Source: Planctomycetota bacterium (GTDB taxonomy: Bacteria > Planctomycetota > UBA8108 > SXIK01). Taken from it: a stretch of 64,000 nt of DNA. Under the pieces are notes generated by a model. That model had not been told where the DNA came from. It worked only from the letters and a program-made list of their open reading frames with translations, and ran no database searches. The DNA is taken from the NCBI GenBank assembly GCA_965223265.1, contig OZ244999.1, positions 1,504,001-1,568,000 on the forward strand, given 5' to 3'. A program made the position numbers and the translations under genes. This document shows, piece by piece, positions 29,976 to 41,849 of this stretch; the first letter of the stretch is position 1, and each line of letters begins with the position of its first letter.

Positions 29976-30665
29976 ATGCCATATAAGTACAAGTATCCCC
30001 GACCGGCATTGACTGTCGATTGCGTCGTCTTCGGCCTCGATGAGAACGACCTCAAAGTTCTATTGATTCAGCGCGACCTCGAGCCGTTCGCTGGTGCCTG
30101 GGCTCTGCCTGGTGGGTTTGTACGCGTGGACGAAGGCCTCGAAGGGAGCGCTCGACGCGAGCTCGAAGAAGAGACGGGACTGCGGAACGTGTACCTCGAG
30201 CAACTCTACACGTTCGGCGCAGTCGATCGTGACCCTCGCGAGCGTGTTGTCTCTGTCGCCTACTACGCACTCGTGAACCTGTACGACCATAAGGTTCAAG
30301 CAGCGACCGACGCGCGCGACGCCGCGTGGTTCTCTGTGGACGACCTGCCGAGTTTAGCGTTCGATCACGACCGTATTGTCGAGACGGCCCTCGAACGCCT
30401 CAAGGGCAAAGTGCGTTATCAGCCGATTGGTTTCGAGTTGCTGCCGCGCAAGTTCGCTCTCCGGCAACTTCAGGCAGTCTACGAGAAGATCCTGGAGCGG
30501 CCGCTCGACAAACGCAACTTTCGTAAGAAGGTCCTGAGCACTGGGCTTTTGGTAGAGCTCGATGAGATCGAACAAGACGTCGCCCACCGAGCCGCTCGCC
30601 TCTACAGCTTCGACGAGAAAAAATACCAGCGATTGGCAAAGAAAGGATTTCTCTTCGAGATATAG
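29976..30665 (+). CDS. nrtR: NrtR family transcriptional repressor (Nudix + winged HTH)
   Basis: [16 protein letters not shown]...[45 protein letters not shown]. Confidence 0.93.
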   Translation: MPYKYKYPRPALTVDCVVFGLDENDLKVLLIQRDLEPFAGAWALPGGFVRVDEGLEGSARRELEEETGLRNVYLEQLYTFGAVDRDPRERVVSVAYYALVNLYDHKVQAATDARDAAWFSVDDLPSLAFDHDRIVETALERLKGKVRYQPIGFELLPRKFALRQLQAVYEKILERPLDKRNFRKKVLSTGLLVELDEIEQDVAHRAARLYSFDEKKYQRLAKKGFLFEI

Positions 30666-30698
30666 GTCACCTACTGCGGAGCAACAAGGAGGTACACC

Positions 30699-31739
30699 AT
30701 GTCGACCATCCACGGGATTGGATTCATCAAACACCTGCGCGCCGAGCCGAACCAGTTCATTCTGCACTACGCCAATGGGAAGCTGACGAAGAAGGGCGTC
30801 GGCCTGGCTTACTGGTTCAACCCTCTCTCGGCGTCGATCGCGTGCGTTCCGGTTGAGGATCTTGTGACGACGACGATCCTCAAGGAGAGAACTTCGGACT
30901 TTCAGCTTGTCTCCGTTCAGCTCACATTGACTTACCGCATTGTCGATCCGGAGAAAGCCGCGATGCGTGTCAATTTCGGCATCTCACTGAGCACCGGTGC
31001 GTGGCTGGACACTCCCCTCGAGCACCTGGCCGGGTTCTGGCAGCAGCGAGTTCAAGAGCCGGCCCGCAATATGCTCGCGAGGACCTCTCTCGTCGAGGCG
31101 CTAAAGAGTGCGCCTGAGAGAATCCGTTCGCTTCTACAGGTGCGATTTCACGATGACGGAGAGTCGAGCGACATGGGCCTGGCGCTGGTCAGCCTCGAGA
31201 TTGACCGCGTTGCTCCATCACCCGAGCTCGACAAGGCTCTTCAAACGCCGGCGCGCGAGCTTTTGCAGCAGAAAGCCGACGAGGCCCTGTTTCAGCGGCG
31301 CGCACTCGCAGTCGAAAATGAGCGAGCCATCAAAGAAAACGAGATGCAGACGCAGATCGAACTGGCGCGACGCGAAGAGCAGCTCATCACCGAGCAAGGC
31401 AACAACCGACTCTTGGACATTCGCCAGGCCGCTGCCGCCGAGCGTGAACAAGTGCAGGCGGAGCTCGAGAGAAAGCGCCTCGAGGCCGATGCCTATGCCC
31501 GCGACGTCGAGGCCCGTGCCACAGGCGATGCGCAGGCTCAGGCGGCACTCGCCGAAGCTGAGGCGGAAGGCGAAGCCAAGCGGTTTGCCGTCTGGGAAGG
31601 CGCGTCGAAGAAGGTTCTCCTCGGCCTGGCGCTGCGCGAGTTTGCTGGCAAGATCGACCACATTCAGCACCTCAACCTGTCGCCGAACGTTCTGGGTGAT
31701 GCTTTCCACAACTTTCTGACGAGCGAGGCAGAGCGATGA
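30699..31739 (+). CDS. SPFH/Band 7 domain protein with coiled coil (NrtR-regulated OrfX type)
   Basis: AAGGAGG SD; GLAYWF, TSDFQ.VSVQ..LTYRIVDP, ALQTPARE..QQKADEA.FQRRA.AVENERAIKENE, IQHLNLSP. Confidence 0.88.
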   Translation: MSTIHGIGFIKHLRAEPNQFILHYANGKLTKKGVGLAYWFNPLSASIACVPVEDLVTTTILKERTSDFQLVSVQLTLTYRIVDPEKAAMRVNFGISLSTGAWLDTPLEHLAGFWQQRVQEPARNMLARTSLVEALKSAPERIRSLLQVRFHDDGESSDMGLALVSLEIDRVAPSPELDKALQTPARELLQQKADEALFQRRALAVENERAIKENEMQTQIELARREEQLITEQGNNRLLDIRQAAAAEREQVQAELERKRLEADAYARDVEARATGDAQAQAALAEAEAEGEAKRFAVWEGASKKVLLGLALREFAGKIDHIQHLNLSPNVLGDAFHNFLTSEAER

Positions 31740-32677
31740 ACAGCGATCGAGGTTTGCCGCGTGTCGTTCTCATCACTCGCAGAACGGCTTTGGATCACCT
31801 GATCGAACGCTTCGGTACGTTCGGGCAGGCTGAGTTCTATCTACGTTCTCGCGGCCACGGGATGGATGACTGCGTACGCCAGCATGAACTTCTAAAGGCC
31901 GCCGTGACCTCGATTCAGCAGAACATCCAGCCAGAGCAGCGTCGCGTGCGCGTTGACCGAAGCGAGCTCGACAGTTTTCTTTTCGCCGACGATGACGTTG
32001 TCGTCATCGTCGGACAGGACGGGCTCGTGGCCAACGTCGCGAAGTATCTCCAGGGTCAGCCGGTCATCGGAGTAAATCCCGACCCGAGCCGCTACGACGG
32101 CATCCTCTGCCCGCATCGAGCAGAGATCTTGGGCGCGGCGCTCGACTGGGCCGCCAATCCGAGCGCTACTGAGTTCCGCCTGCAGCGGCGCGTCCTCGCT
32201 CAGGCTGTGCGCGAGGACGGTCAACGCTTGCTCGGGCTCAACGAGGTGTTCGTCGGGCACCGAACCCATCAATCTGCGCGTTATGAGCTTCACGTCGACG
32301 ATCACAAGGAGAGACAATCGTCGTCGGGTCTGGTCTGTGCCACGGGCACGGGGAGTACCGGTTGGGCTCGGTCGATCGCCGAGCAGCGAGGCATTCATGA
32401 GTTGCCGCAGCCGGAGCTCGATGCCCTTGCGTGGTTCGTCCGCGAGCCGTTCCCGTCGGTGGCTACGGGAACGGACCTAGATCACGGGGTTTTGCACGGC
32501 GGCGACCAATTGACCGTCTGTTCGAGCATGGAGACGGGCGGGGTTGTGTTCGCCGACGGGATCGAGACGGACGCGCTCGAGTTCGTCGACGGCCAGACGG
32601 TGACGATCAGCGTCGCGCCTGAGCGGCTGCACGTCGTCGTCGCAGCTCAGCCTGTTGCCGCAGGGGCGAGCAGCTGA
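31736..32677 (+). CDS. NAD kinase (PpnK)-like protein (NrtR-regulated OrfY type)
   Basis: ATGA overlap; VVIVGQDGLVANVAKYL, GVNPDP, LNEVFVG, SSGLVCATGTGSTGW. Confidence 0.85.
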   Translation: MNSDRGLPRVVLITRRTALDHLIERFGTFGQAEFYLRSRGHGMDDCVRQHELLKAAVTSIQQNIQPEQRRVRVDRSELDSFLFADDDVVVIVGQDGLVANVAKYLQGQPVIGVNPDPSRYDGILCPHRAEILGAALDWAANPSATEFRLQRRVLAQAVREDGQRLLGLNEVFVGHRTHQSARYELHVDDHKERQSSSGLVCATGTGSTGWARSIAEQRGIHELPQPELDALAWFVREPFPSVATGTDLDHGVLHGGDQLTVCSSMETGGVVFADGIETDALEFVDGQTVTISVAPERLHVVVAAQPVAAGASS

Positions 32678-32939
32678 ACGCGAGACGGGTGTCGAGCGCC
32701 AACTGCAGCGCGAGGAGCGGCGGGTGAGCCGGCAGCGGAACACGCCACGGGTTCATGAGAAAGAACCTTTCACTGCGTTGCGGCATCCAAGTTGCGCCAC
32801 AGCACAGGCTCGATTTCGTCAGATGACAGGAATCGTGTTTGGAGAGACTTCGGCTCCGGCCTATACTTGGCCGCGGAGGGATTCTTGCGACGGGTCGTCG
32901 AGTAGGGTTGTGGGCTGCGAGGGTGGGGAAGGAGCGGTG

Positions 32940-35430
32940 ATGCGAGAACTTTCATCCGCCATTTCCGCCGGAACCCTTTGCCGATTTCGCTGCGCTACGT
33001 TGGCCATCGGCATTTTCACAGTAGAAGCGAGTGGCCTCGACGCAGCCGACGCACCCTTTCGACGTGGTGATGCGAACGTCGATGGCGTGGTCGACCTCGC
33101 CGATGGCGTGCGCATTCTCGGGGCGCTGTTCCTCGGCGACGGCGATTTCACGTGCGAGGACGCGCTCGATGCCGATGACTCGGGCGTGCTGGATCTCTCG
33201 GACGCGATTTATCTTCTGCGGCATCTGTTTGCTGGAACACCGGCGCCGCCAACGCCCGGAATAGAGAACTGCGGTTTGGACTTCCTGGGGCGCGACTCGC
33301 TGTCGTGCGATGAGTATCGTCCGGCAGATGCATCGCTAGCGTGTCACGCACGAGCTGCTGAAGACGTGTTGCCGTTGCCGCTGTTTCTCGCGAACTCGCC
33401 AACACCACCACTCGCGATTTGTGACTTCAACGGCGACGAACAGCTCGACATCCTCTCGACCTCCGAGAGGCAGTTGGAGATCCGTTTCGGAGTTCCAGGG
33501 CGCCGTCTCAGCGCTCCGCAGCTCGTAGATGACGTCGATGCGCGCTCCCTGGCTCGCGTCATGTGCGCTGACCTCGATGGCGTCGACGGCGTCGATGTTG
33601 TCCGCTACGGCACCTGGCGCTACCGCGTTCTCTCCAACGACGGTAGTGGTCGCTTTCGTTTGACCGATGGTCGTCCTGTCTTCGGTCAAGCATCTCGAAT
33701 TCAGCTGGAAGCTGGGGTCGCTGTTGACGTCAATCGAGACGATGTCTTGGACCTCGTCTTTTTCGCGGGTTCGACGACCGCTCAAAGGCTAACGATCGAG
33801 AGTCTCGTCGTTGTCGTTGGGATTCCTGGCGGAGGATTCGAGCTGCCGGTCTACCCCACACTCCCTTCACCGACGCGAGTGGCGCCGCAGCGCGCGCTTG
33901 TCAGCGCGGATTTCGACGGCGATAACCTGGAGGACGTGGCTTTCCTCGAACAAGGTGCAGGTTTTGGCGTGCTCCTGCTGCTCAACAACGGTGACACGAC
34001 GTTTCTTCCGAAGAGCGTTCCTACGTTCGAGACTCAGACTTCGCTCGTGACCGGGGATTTTGATGGTGACGGCCGTATCGATCTGGCCGCAACAACGCAG
34101 ACCGGGAAGCTGAGTCTCCTCCGCGGCAATGGAACCGGCGAGTTCGCGGAGGAGATTCTCTACGACGATCCAGCCAACTCCTTCACGGATCTTTTCGCAA
34201 CGGAACCGGACGAACAGGGGCTGCGTGAGGTCGTCGCCGTTGGAACAGAAACTGTGATCTTTCAGAACGGCCCAGATGGATTCGAGCCCACCTCGTCGCT
34301 TTCCTCGATTCCGTTCCCACTGGACGCCGCCGACCTGGACGGAGACGATCGACTTGACTTCGTGACCGCGGGTAGCACTGGTTTCTCCGTCCTCTTCAGC
34401 GATGCGCGCGAGGCGTTTAGTATTTCCCGGATTCGCAGCGATCCCGCGCAGTCACTTCACCTCGCCGACGTTGATCGGGATGGAGCCCCCAGATCTAATC
34501 GTGACGTCCATCAGGGCCGTCGATGTGTTTCTCAATCAAGACGGAAGCTTTTCCGGGCCGCCCACGTCGCATGCGCTCGCAAGCGCGGGCCGCTTTTCGA
34601 TCTGCGCGGACGTTGATGGTGACCAGCTGCAAGATGTGGTCGTGGTGCATGATCCGAGCACTTCCGAAGTGACCGTGTTCCTCGCGAGCGGCAAGAGCTC
34701 GCTGACGGAGCTGCCTGCGATCCGCGTCGGACTGAGTATCACCGCGATTCAAGCCGGAGACTTGGACGGTGACGGACTGGTCGATCTCGCGCTCGTTGCC
34801 GACAACCGAATCACTGCACTGTGGGGTCGTGGCAATGGCTCTTTCGATGGACCTTTTTTGGATGACTTCCGCGGCGTGGCGTCGATGGCACTCGGGGATG
34901 CTGACGGCGATGGCACGACTGAAATCGTGGCTTCCTACGCCGGCGGCGTTGTGAGAACGTTTCGCGCCGCTGGAGCTCGCTTGGAACTCGTCGGAGAGGA
35001 ATCTTTCATTGGTCGATCTTCAAGCGCGATCGAACTGGCGGATATGAACGGGGATGGACGGCAAGATCTTATCCTGCAGATGGAGGATCGCATTGACGTG
35101 AGATTGGGCGATGGCAGCGGGACTTTTGCCGACGGCCTGCTACGAACAGCGAGTGTCAGGGACTTTTTTCTTCTCGGCATGCCGCTACCGCAAGAGCTGC
35201 AAATCGTAGATGTGGACCAAGACGGGATTTTGGATGTGGTCTCGCCCTTCGCCGCCGATGGCTTGTTTCTTCTACGCGGACAAGGCGACGGTGGGTTTCG
35301 GCAACCAGGTTTTTTTGGCTGTTGTCGTAGGCTCGTAGCGTTCGAGGATCTCGACAGAAATGGCCGTCTCGACGTCGTTTCGACTGACGACGCGGCTAGC
35401 ATTACCGTGTATCTTGATCACCGCCAGTGA
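32940..35430 (+). CDS. Secreted dockerin-like + FG-GAP/VCBS repeat protein, paralog A; +1 frameshift at C5 34486-34490
   Basis: FRRGDANVDGVVDLAD dockerin, many DxDGDGxxD repeats. ORFs 32655..34616 and 34402..35430 join as LADVDRDGAPDLIV on removing one C, which makes it collinear with paralog B. Confidence 0.85.
33045..33317 (+). repeat. Dockerin-coding segment, copy 1 (direct repeat with 37326-37598)
   Basis: Ungapped alignment at offset 4281; differences are mostly at third codon positions. Confidence 0.85.
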
Positions 35431-35488
35431 TTTGATGCTCGGGTGGGCTCGTCGATTGGAGCCGCGAGGTGTTGACAAATCGTCGTAC

Positions 35489-37041
<1,553 letters not shown>

Positions 37042-37205
37042 CTATGTCCTTGTGTTCGCTCAGGGCTGCATTCGATCGACTCTACTCGAGCACGGCAAAG
37101 GTGATTGGAGACCTGGAACCGGATCGCCTATATTGGCTGTGGAGGATGTTGCTGGACGGGTCGCAGAGGTGGCGTTGTGGTCCTGGGTGCTGGGAGGGAG
37201 CGACG

Positions 37206-39701
37206 ATGCCTGCGATTTCATGCGCTGAGGTAGTTGATTTTGTTCGGACGATTCGTTGCTTGAGGGGGTTCGTGCTAGCGACGACAACTTCGTTCGCCGT
37301 TGGCCTGGCACTCGAGATTCATTCCGCCGACGCACCTTTTCGGCGTGGCGACGCCAACGCCGACGGCGTCGTCGACCTCGGTGACGGCGTGCGCATCCTC
37401 GGCGCGCTCTTTCTCGGCGAGGGCGACGTGACGTGCGAGGACGCGCTCGACGCCGACGACTCAGGCGTGCTGGATCTCTCGGATGCGATTTATCTTCTGC
37501 GACATCTCTTTGCTGGCACACCTGCGCCGCCGACGCCGGGAATTCGAGAGTGCGGCTTTGACTTTGTCGGACGAGATGAGCTTTCGTGCGAGGAGTACCT
37601 GCCGCCGGACAGCTCGCTGGCTTGCAGCGCAAGGTTGCCCGAGGTTCTGCTGCCGCTGCCGACGTTTTTCTCCGGTCCCCGGGTGTTCGGTGAGTTCACT
37701 CCCAGTTCGCCGTTGGTCGTCTCTGACTTCAATGCCGACGGGCTCAAAGACGTCGTCTCGAACCTGGGATCAAAGCTGGAGATTCGGTTTGCCCTTGACG
37801 GGGGGCGGCTGTCGTTTCCGCAAACCGTTGACTCCGCGCTCTCGTCTCCTGCCTCCACGTCTTGCGTCGACATAGACGGTGTCCACGGTGAGGACTTCGT
37901 TCGCTACGACAACCAGACGTTTCGCGTCCTCGTCAACGAACCAGGCGGCACCTTTCGAGTAACAGAAAATCGTCAGGTGTTCAGCGTCACTTCAGGTCTG
38001 CGGCTTCAAGGAGGCGTCGAGATCGACGTGGATGTCGACGGAGTGTTCGATCTTTTTTTTCTCGGCGCCGCGGTGCAGGGGCGCGCGACCGAACGTCTCG
38101 TCACTGCTCGTGGAATGGGCGGAGGGCGATTCGAGCGACCGATCTACCAGTCGATCCCTTCGACAGGCCGTTCAGTTTCGGAGCGAGGCATTGTCAGTGC
38201 GGACTTTGACGTCGACGGATTTCCTGACATCGCTTTCATCGATCGCCGAACCAGGAATCTTACACTGTTGGTGAACCAGGGAGACTTAACGTTCTACGTC
38301 CTCGACCTTCCGACGAATCTACGGCTGCAAACGATTGCGACCTCGGACGTCGACAGTGACGGGGTCGCGGACATCGTAGGGGCGAGCTCCACCGGAAAAG
38401 TTGCGGTGCTCTACGGAGACGGACGAGGCTTGTTCGTCGAACAACTGTTTTTTGACGACCCTGCGATTGGGTTCAGAGAACTGCACATGATCGACTCAGA
38501 CGGAGGAGGTAAGACTGCGGTGGTTGCGGCTAGTGACGAGGCGCTCGTCTTCGAGGTGCAGCGTGGAGGGCTTGCGCTGACGGGCAGTCTCCCTGCCGTC
38601 CACGGTGCCATCGCGTTCAATGATTTGGACAGTGACGATCGAATCGACGTGCTCACGGACGCCTTCGCTGGTACGTCAGTTTTTTTGGGAGCCGACGCCG
38701 ATGGGTGGCGTGTCGACCGCTACGGGCCGAGCGCGGGCGTCCGATCGATCCACGTAGTTGACTTTGACGGCGATCGCGCTGACGACTTGATCATGACGAC
38801 ATTTGCAGAACTGCACTCGTTCCGCAACCAGGGCAACGGGCAGTTCGTGCCGGCGAGCTCGCAGTCGATTCCTGGCAATCACCTTGCGGTCCTCGCTGAT
38901 CTCGACGCGGACCGATCGCCCGATGTGCTTGTGGCACATGCAGCCGGTGTGATCGTCCTACTCGCCAGCAATACCCCTGGATTCTTCGAGGAGTTTCCCG
39001 CAGTCGACGTCGGTGGGGCCGTTCGCGCGATGGTACCCGCTGACCTTGACGGTGACGGTGTGGTGGATTTGGCCATGATCGTCGAGAACCGACTAAGAAT
39101 CCTCATGGGGCGCGGCGACGGGACTTTCGATCGCTTGATCGCCGACGATCCGAGGGGCGTGACGGCGATTGCCGCTCGCGAGGCGAGCGGCAATCGAAAG
39201 GCGGAGCTCTTTGTTGCGTCGCCAACCAGAATGCTGCGCATCTTTCGCGGTGACGGCGCCCGGTTGGCTCTCGCTGAAGAGTTTCGACTCGCCCGCCGGG
39301 CAACTGCGATCGACCTCGGTGACATGAATGGAGACGGCATCTCGGACCTCATCTTGGACACCGGACCTTGGCTCGAAGTGAGGTTGGGCGATGCCGAGGG
39401 CTCGTTCTCCTCCCATGAGCCAGAGGTTTTTCACTTCGGCGAGTTTTTGGATTGGATTCCGCCGGCGCGTGGAAGGCAAGTGGTGGATCTTGATCGCGAC
39501 GGCAAGATGGACCTGTGTCTGTTTCTGCCGACACACACGGCGGTACTGCGCGGGCAGGGAGATGGTCGCTTTGGGCAGCCGGAGTTCTTCGGCTGCTGCG
39601 GTGAGCACGTCCTGTTCGGTGATCTGGATGGCAACGGTCGCTTAGATGTCGTGTCGAGGCGATTCGGGCGGACGACTGTGTATCTGGATCAACGGCAGTA
39701 G
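37206..39701 (+). CDS. Secreted dockerin-like + FG-GAP/VCBS repeat protein, paralog B
   Basis: GGGAGG SD and ATG 37206; FRRGDANADGVVDLGD; repeated DFDxDG..D; ends FFGCC...DLDGNGRLDVV..TVYLDQRQ like paralog A. Confidence 0.88.
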   Translation: MPAISCAEVVDFVRTIRCLRGFVLATTTSFAVGLALEIHSADAPFRRGDANADGVVDLGDGVRILGALFLGEGDVTCEDALDADDSGVLDLSDAIYLLRHLFAGTPAPPTPGIRECGFDFVGRDELSCEEYLPPDSSLACSARLPEVLLPLPTFFSGPRVFGEFTPSSPLVVSDFNADGLKDVVSNLGSKLEIRFALDGGRLSFPQTVDSALSSPASTSCVDIDGVHGEDFVRYDNQTFRVLVNEPGGTFRVTENRQVFSVTSGLRLQGGVEIDVDVDGVFDLFFLGAAVQGRATERLVTARGMGGGRFERPIYQSIPSTGRSVSERGIVSADFDVDGFPDIAFIDRRTRNLTLLVNQGDLTFYVLDLPTNLRLQTIATSDVDSDGVADIVGASSTGKVAVLYGDGRGLFVEQLFFDDPAIGFRELHMIDSDGGGKTAVVAASDEALVFEVQRGGLALTGSLPAVHGAIAFNDLDSDDRIDVLTDAFAGTSVFLGADADGWRVDRYGPSAGVRSIHVVDFDGDRADDLIMTTFAELHSFRNQGNGQFVPASSQSIPGNHLAVLADLDADRSPDVLVAHAAGVIVLLASNTPGFFEEFPAVDVGGAVRAMVPADLDGDGVVDLAMIVENRLRILMGRGDGTFDRLIADDPRGVTAIAAREASGNRKAELFVASPTRMLRIFRGDGARLALAEEFRLARRATAIDLGDMNGDGISDLILDTGPWLEVRLGDAEGSFSSHEPEVFHFGEFLDWIPPARGRQVVDLDRDGKMDLCLFLPTHTAVLRGQGDGRFGQPEFFGCCGEHVLFGDLDGNGRLDVVSRRFGRTTVYLDQRQ
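37326..37598 (+). repeat. Dockerin-coding segment, copy 2
   Basis: Matches 33045-33317. Confidence 0.85.
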
Positions 39702-39849
39702 GAAGTTGTGGGTCCGTCCCGTGTCATGGACGATCGCGGTCGAACGAAATCCTCCTTTCGGCGGCTGTTGGGAAAATACCAGCAGGGCGCCGGTCGCGAA
39801 GGGTAACGCCCCAACCGCTGGCCCCAACGGCGGCGTGACCATCGCTAAA

Positions 39850-41592
39850 CTATTTATTCTCCCCATCCCGTGTCGGTGTACCATCCGTGTGCGGCGACTC
39901 CTTCGCTTGCCGCGCCTTGGCGCGTTCTTCCGACAGCGCCGGACTCCAAGAGCTGCCGCGGCGAAAGAGCGCACCTTCCGTGAGTTGCCACGGCGGGTCG
40001 AAGCTCATCGGCCGGCGTCCAGCCGCCCAGACCGTGCCGCGTCGAATGAGAGCTGCGGCGCGGCGTACGGACTCGTCGGCATGACCAAGGACCGTCTGGA
40101 ACACTCTCCCTTCACCATAGCTATATGCCCAAGCCAGCGGTTCATCTCTCTTGGTGACGTTCGAGTGCGCCGTGACCAGTGGCACGATCGGTAGCTCTCC
40201 TTCCTGCCGAAAGTAGAGTTCGTCGAGTGTGTCGAAGGCCTTCAAGTCGCGCGTGATGGGATGCTCGGTTTCGGGCACCACTTCAACGCGAAACTCGCCG
40301 TAGGGATCGTGGCCGCTGCGCCCCTCGCCGTGCATCCAAACGCGACGGACGATGCGGCGAAACTCGGGCCAGTCGGTGTCGCTGCGCGTTGGCAGCGTGG
40401 CGTTGAAGGCGCCGTTGGCGTAGTGAACGACAGCCAGGCCGCCGCCTTCGCTCAGGTACTTGATGAAACCGGTTTTGGCCGCGTCCGATAGCCCTGGACG
40501 GTCCCAGTTCGAGTAGTTCAATACGAGCACGTCGTATGCTGAGATTCTCTCGGTGGCGAGATCCTCGATCTCCTCCGAGACTTCGACCCGCACGTAGGGG
40601 TTTTGCTCAAGCGCCACAAGCAGCGCTGCGGCCACCGGACGCCACTTGTGGCCGGGGAAATTGTGTCCCGTCAGAATGAGCGCTTTGATCGGCGTGTCGA
40701 TGCTAGAGCTGACGCCGCCGGCGGGCACCTTTGCGCCGGAGCTCCAAACAATTGCATTCAGGATTAAACGGCGAAAGTCGTCGTTCCACCAGTTGCTGAA
40801 AAAGTGTCCGCCAGTGAATCCAAAGCCGCGCCCACCGTCGGTTCGCTCCACGGCCCAACCGACCGTCCACTCAAGAGCGTCCTGCGGTGCTGCCGCGGCG
40901 ATGGGAACGAGGCGTGGGTCCTGGTCACGAAAGCGAATGTTGTGATAGAACTCTTCGCGGACGACAAACGGCTGGACGCCGCGACAGATAGGGTGCCGCT
41001 CGCGCGGGAGCGTAACGTGCCACTCCTTCGTCGTGATGGCGGAGTACCACTTCCTTGGACCCGTTCCGGTTTCATAGTCGAAGTAGCCGCCGACCCACTC
41101 TGTGATCTTGTCGTGAACACGAACTGGGTTGAATGTGCTCCAGTGAAATTGCACCAGGCCGCAGCCACGCTGCATGTGTCGTTCTAACTGCTGCAAGCGA
41201 TCACCGACATAGAGAGGGTGATCTTCCCCGCGATGATCACCGCCGTCTGAGATGAGGACGATGGTGTCAGCGTCGTCGAGTGCCGACGGCTCCTGGGGCC
41301 AGCCCTTGAAGTAGACCTCCGTGGTGACGTCTTTCAAATTGCGCGAGGTGTCGAGGAGGTGCTTCAGCAGGATGACGCTCTTTTCGTACTCGTGCGATGT
41401 TTTTGCATGGCCGGTGATCGGGCCGGCGATGAGCACGATCTTTCGCATCGCCTGGGCCTCCGATTTGAGACTCACTAAGGGAAAAAGAAGAAGGCAAAGG
41501 CCGACGATCGCCGACCTGAGCCAGCGGATTGTCGGCTGGCGGGACGCAGCGAGAGAAGGAGCTGGTGGGGAGGGGGGGTGACGTCGCGGCAT
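39850..41592 (-). CDS. Tandem ThuA-like (trehalose-utilisation/GATase-fold) domain protein, secreted
   Basis: Domain 1: KIVLIAG...HEY...HPICRGV..F...EEFY...GGRGFGFTGGH..NW. Domain 2: ALILTG..HKW...HPITR.L..F...DELY...GRVFQTVLGH. Confidence 0.88.
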   Translation of the reverse strand: MPRRHPPSPPAPSLAASRQPTIRWLRSAIVGLCLLLFPLVSLKSEAQAMRKIVLIAGPITGHAKTSHEYEKSVILLKHLLDTSRNLKDVTTEVYFKGWPQEPSALDDADTIVLISDGGDHRGEDHPLYVGDRLQQLERHMQRGCGLVQFHWSTFNPVRVHDKITEWVGGYFDYETGTGPRKWYSAITTKEWHVTLPRERHPICRGVQPFVVREEFYHNIRFRDQDPRLVPIAAAAPQDALEWTVGWAVERTDGGRGFGFTGGHFFSNWWNDDFRRLILNAIVWSSGAKVPAGGVSSSIDTPIKALILTGHNFPGHKWRPVAAALLVALEQNPYVRVEVSEEIEDLATERISAYDVLVLNYSNWDRPGLSDAAKTGFIKYLSEGGGLAVVHYANGAFNATLPTRSDTDWPEFRRIVRRVWMHGEGRSGHDPYGEFRVEVVPETEHPITRDLKAFDTLDELYFRQEGELPIVPLVTAHSNVTKRDEPLAWAYSYGEGRVFQTVLGHADESVRRAAALIRRGTVWAAGRRPMSFDPPWQLTEGALFRRGSSWSPALSEERAKARQAKESPHTDGTPTRDGENK

Positions 41593-41627
41593 GATTCTCA
41601 CAAAAAATAAGGATCGGCGCTGCACTA

Positions 41628-41849
41628 CTACGGTCTTCGCAGCCACTGCCAGAGCCACAGGGCGAGTGTCAGCAGGACCGAAATGACGATGCAAGTAACG
41701 ATTGGAAAGTAGATTCTAAAGTTCTCTGACTCGATCCGAAGGTCGCCAGGGAGCCCTTTGAACCCGGCCTTGCCCAACCCCCAAATGAGGGCGCCGATGA
41801 TGGCGAGGGCCACAGCGAGGAGAACGATGGTCTTACCGATCTGTTCCAC
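41628..41849 (-). CDS. DUF2905 family small membrane protein
   Basis: IGKTIV...GLPGDLRIESENFRIYFPIVTCIVISVLLTL signature; GTG 41849. Confidence 0.85.
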   Translation of the reverse strand: MEQIGKTIVLLAVALAIIGALIWGLGKAGFKGLPGDLRIESENFRIYFPIVTCIVISVLLTLALWLWQWLRRP

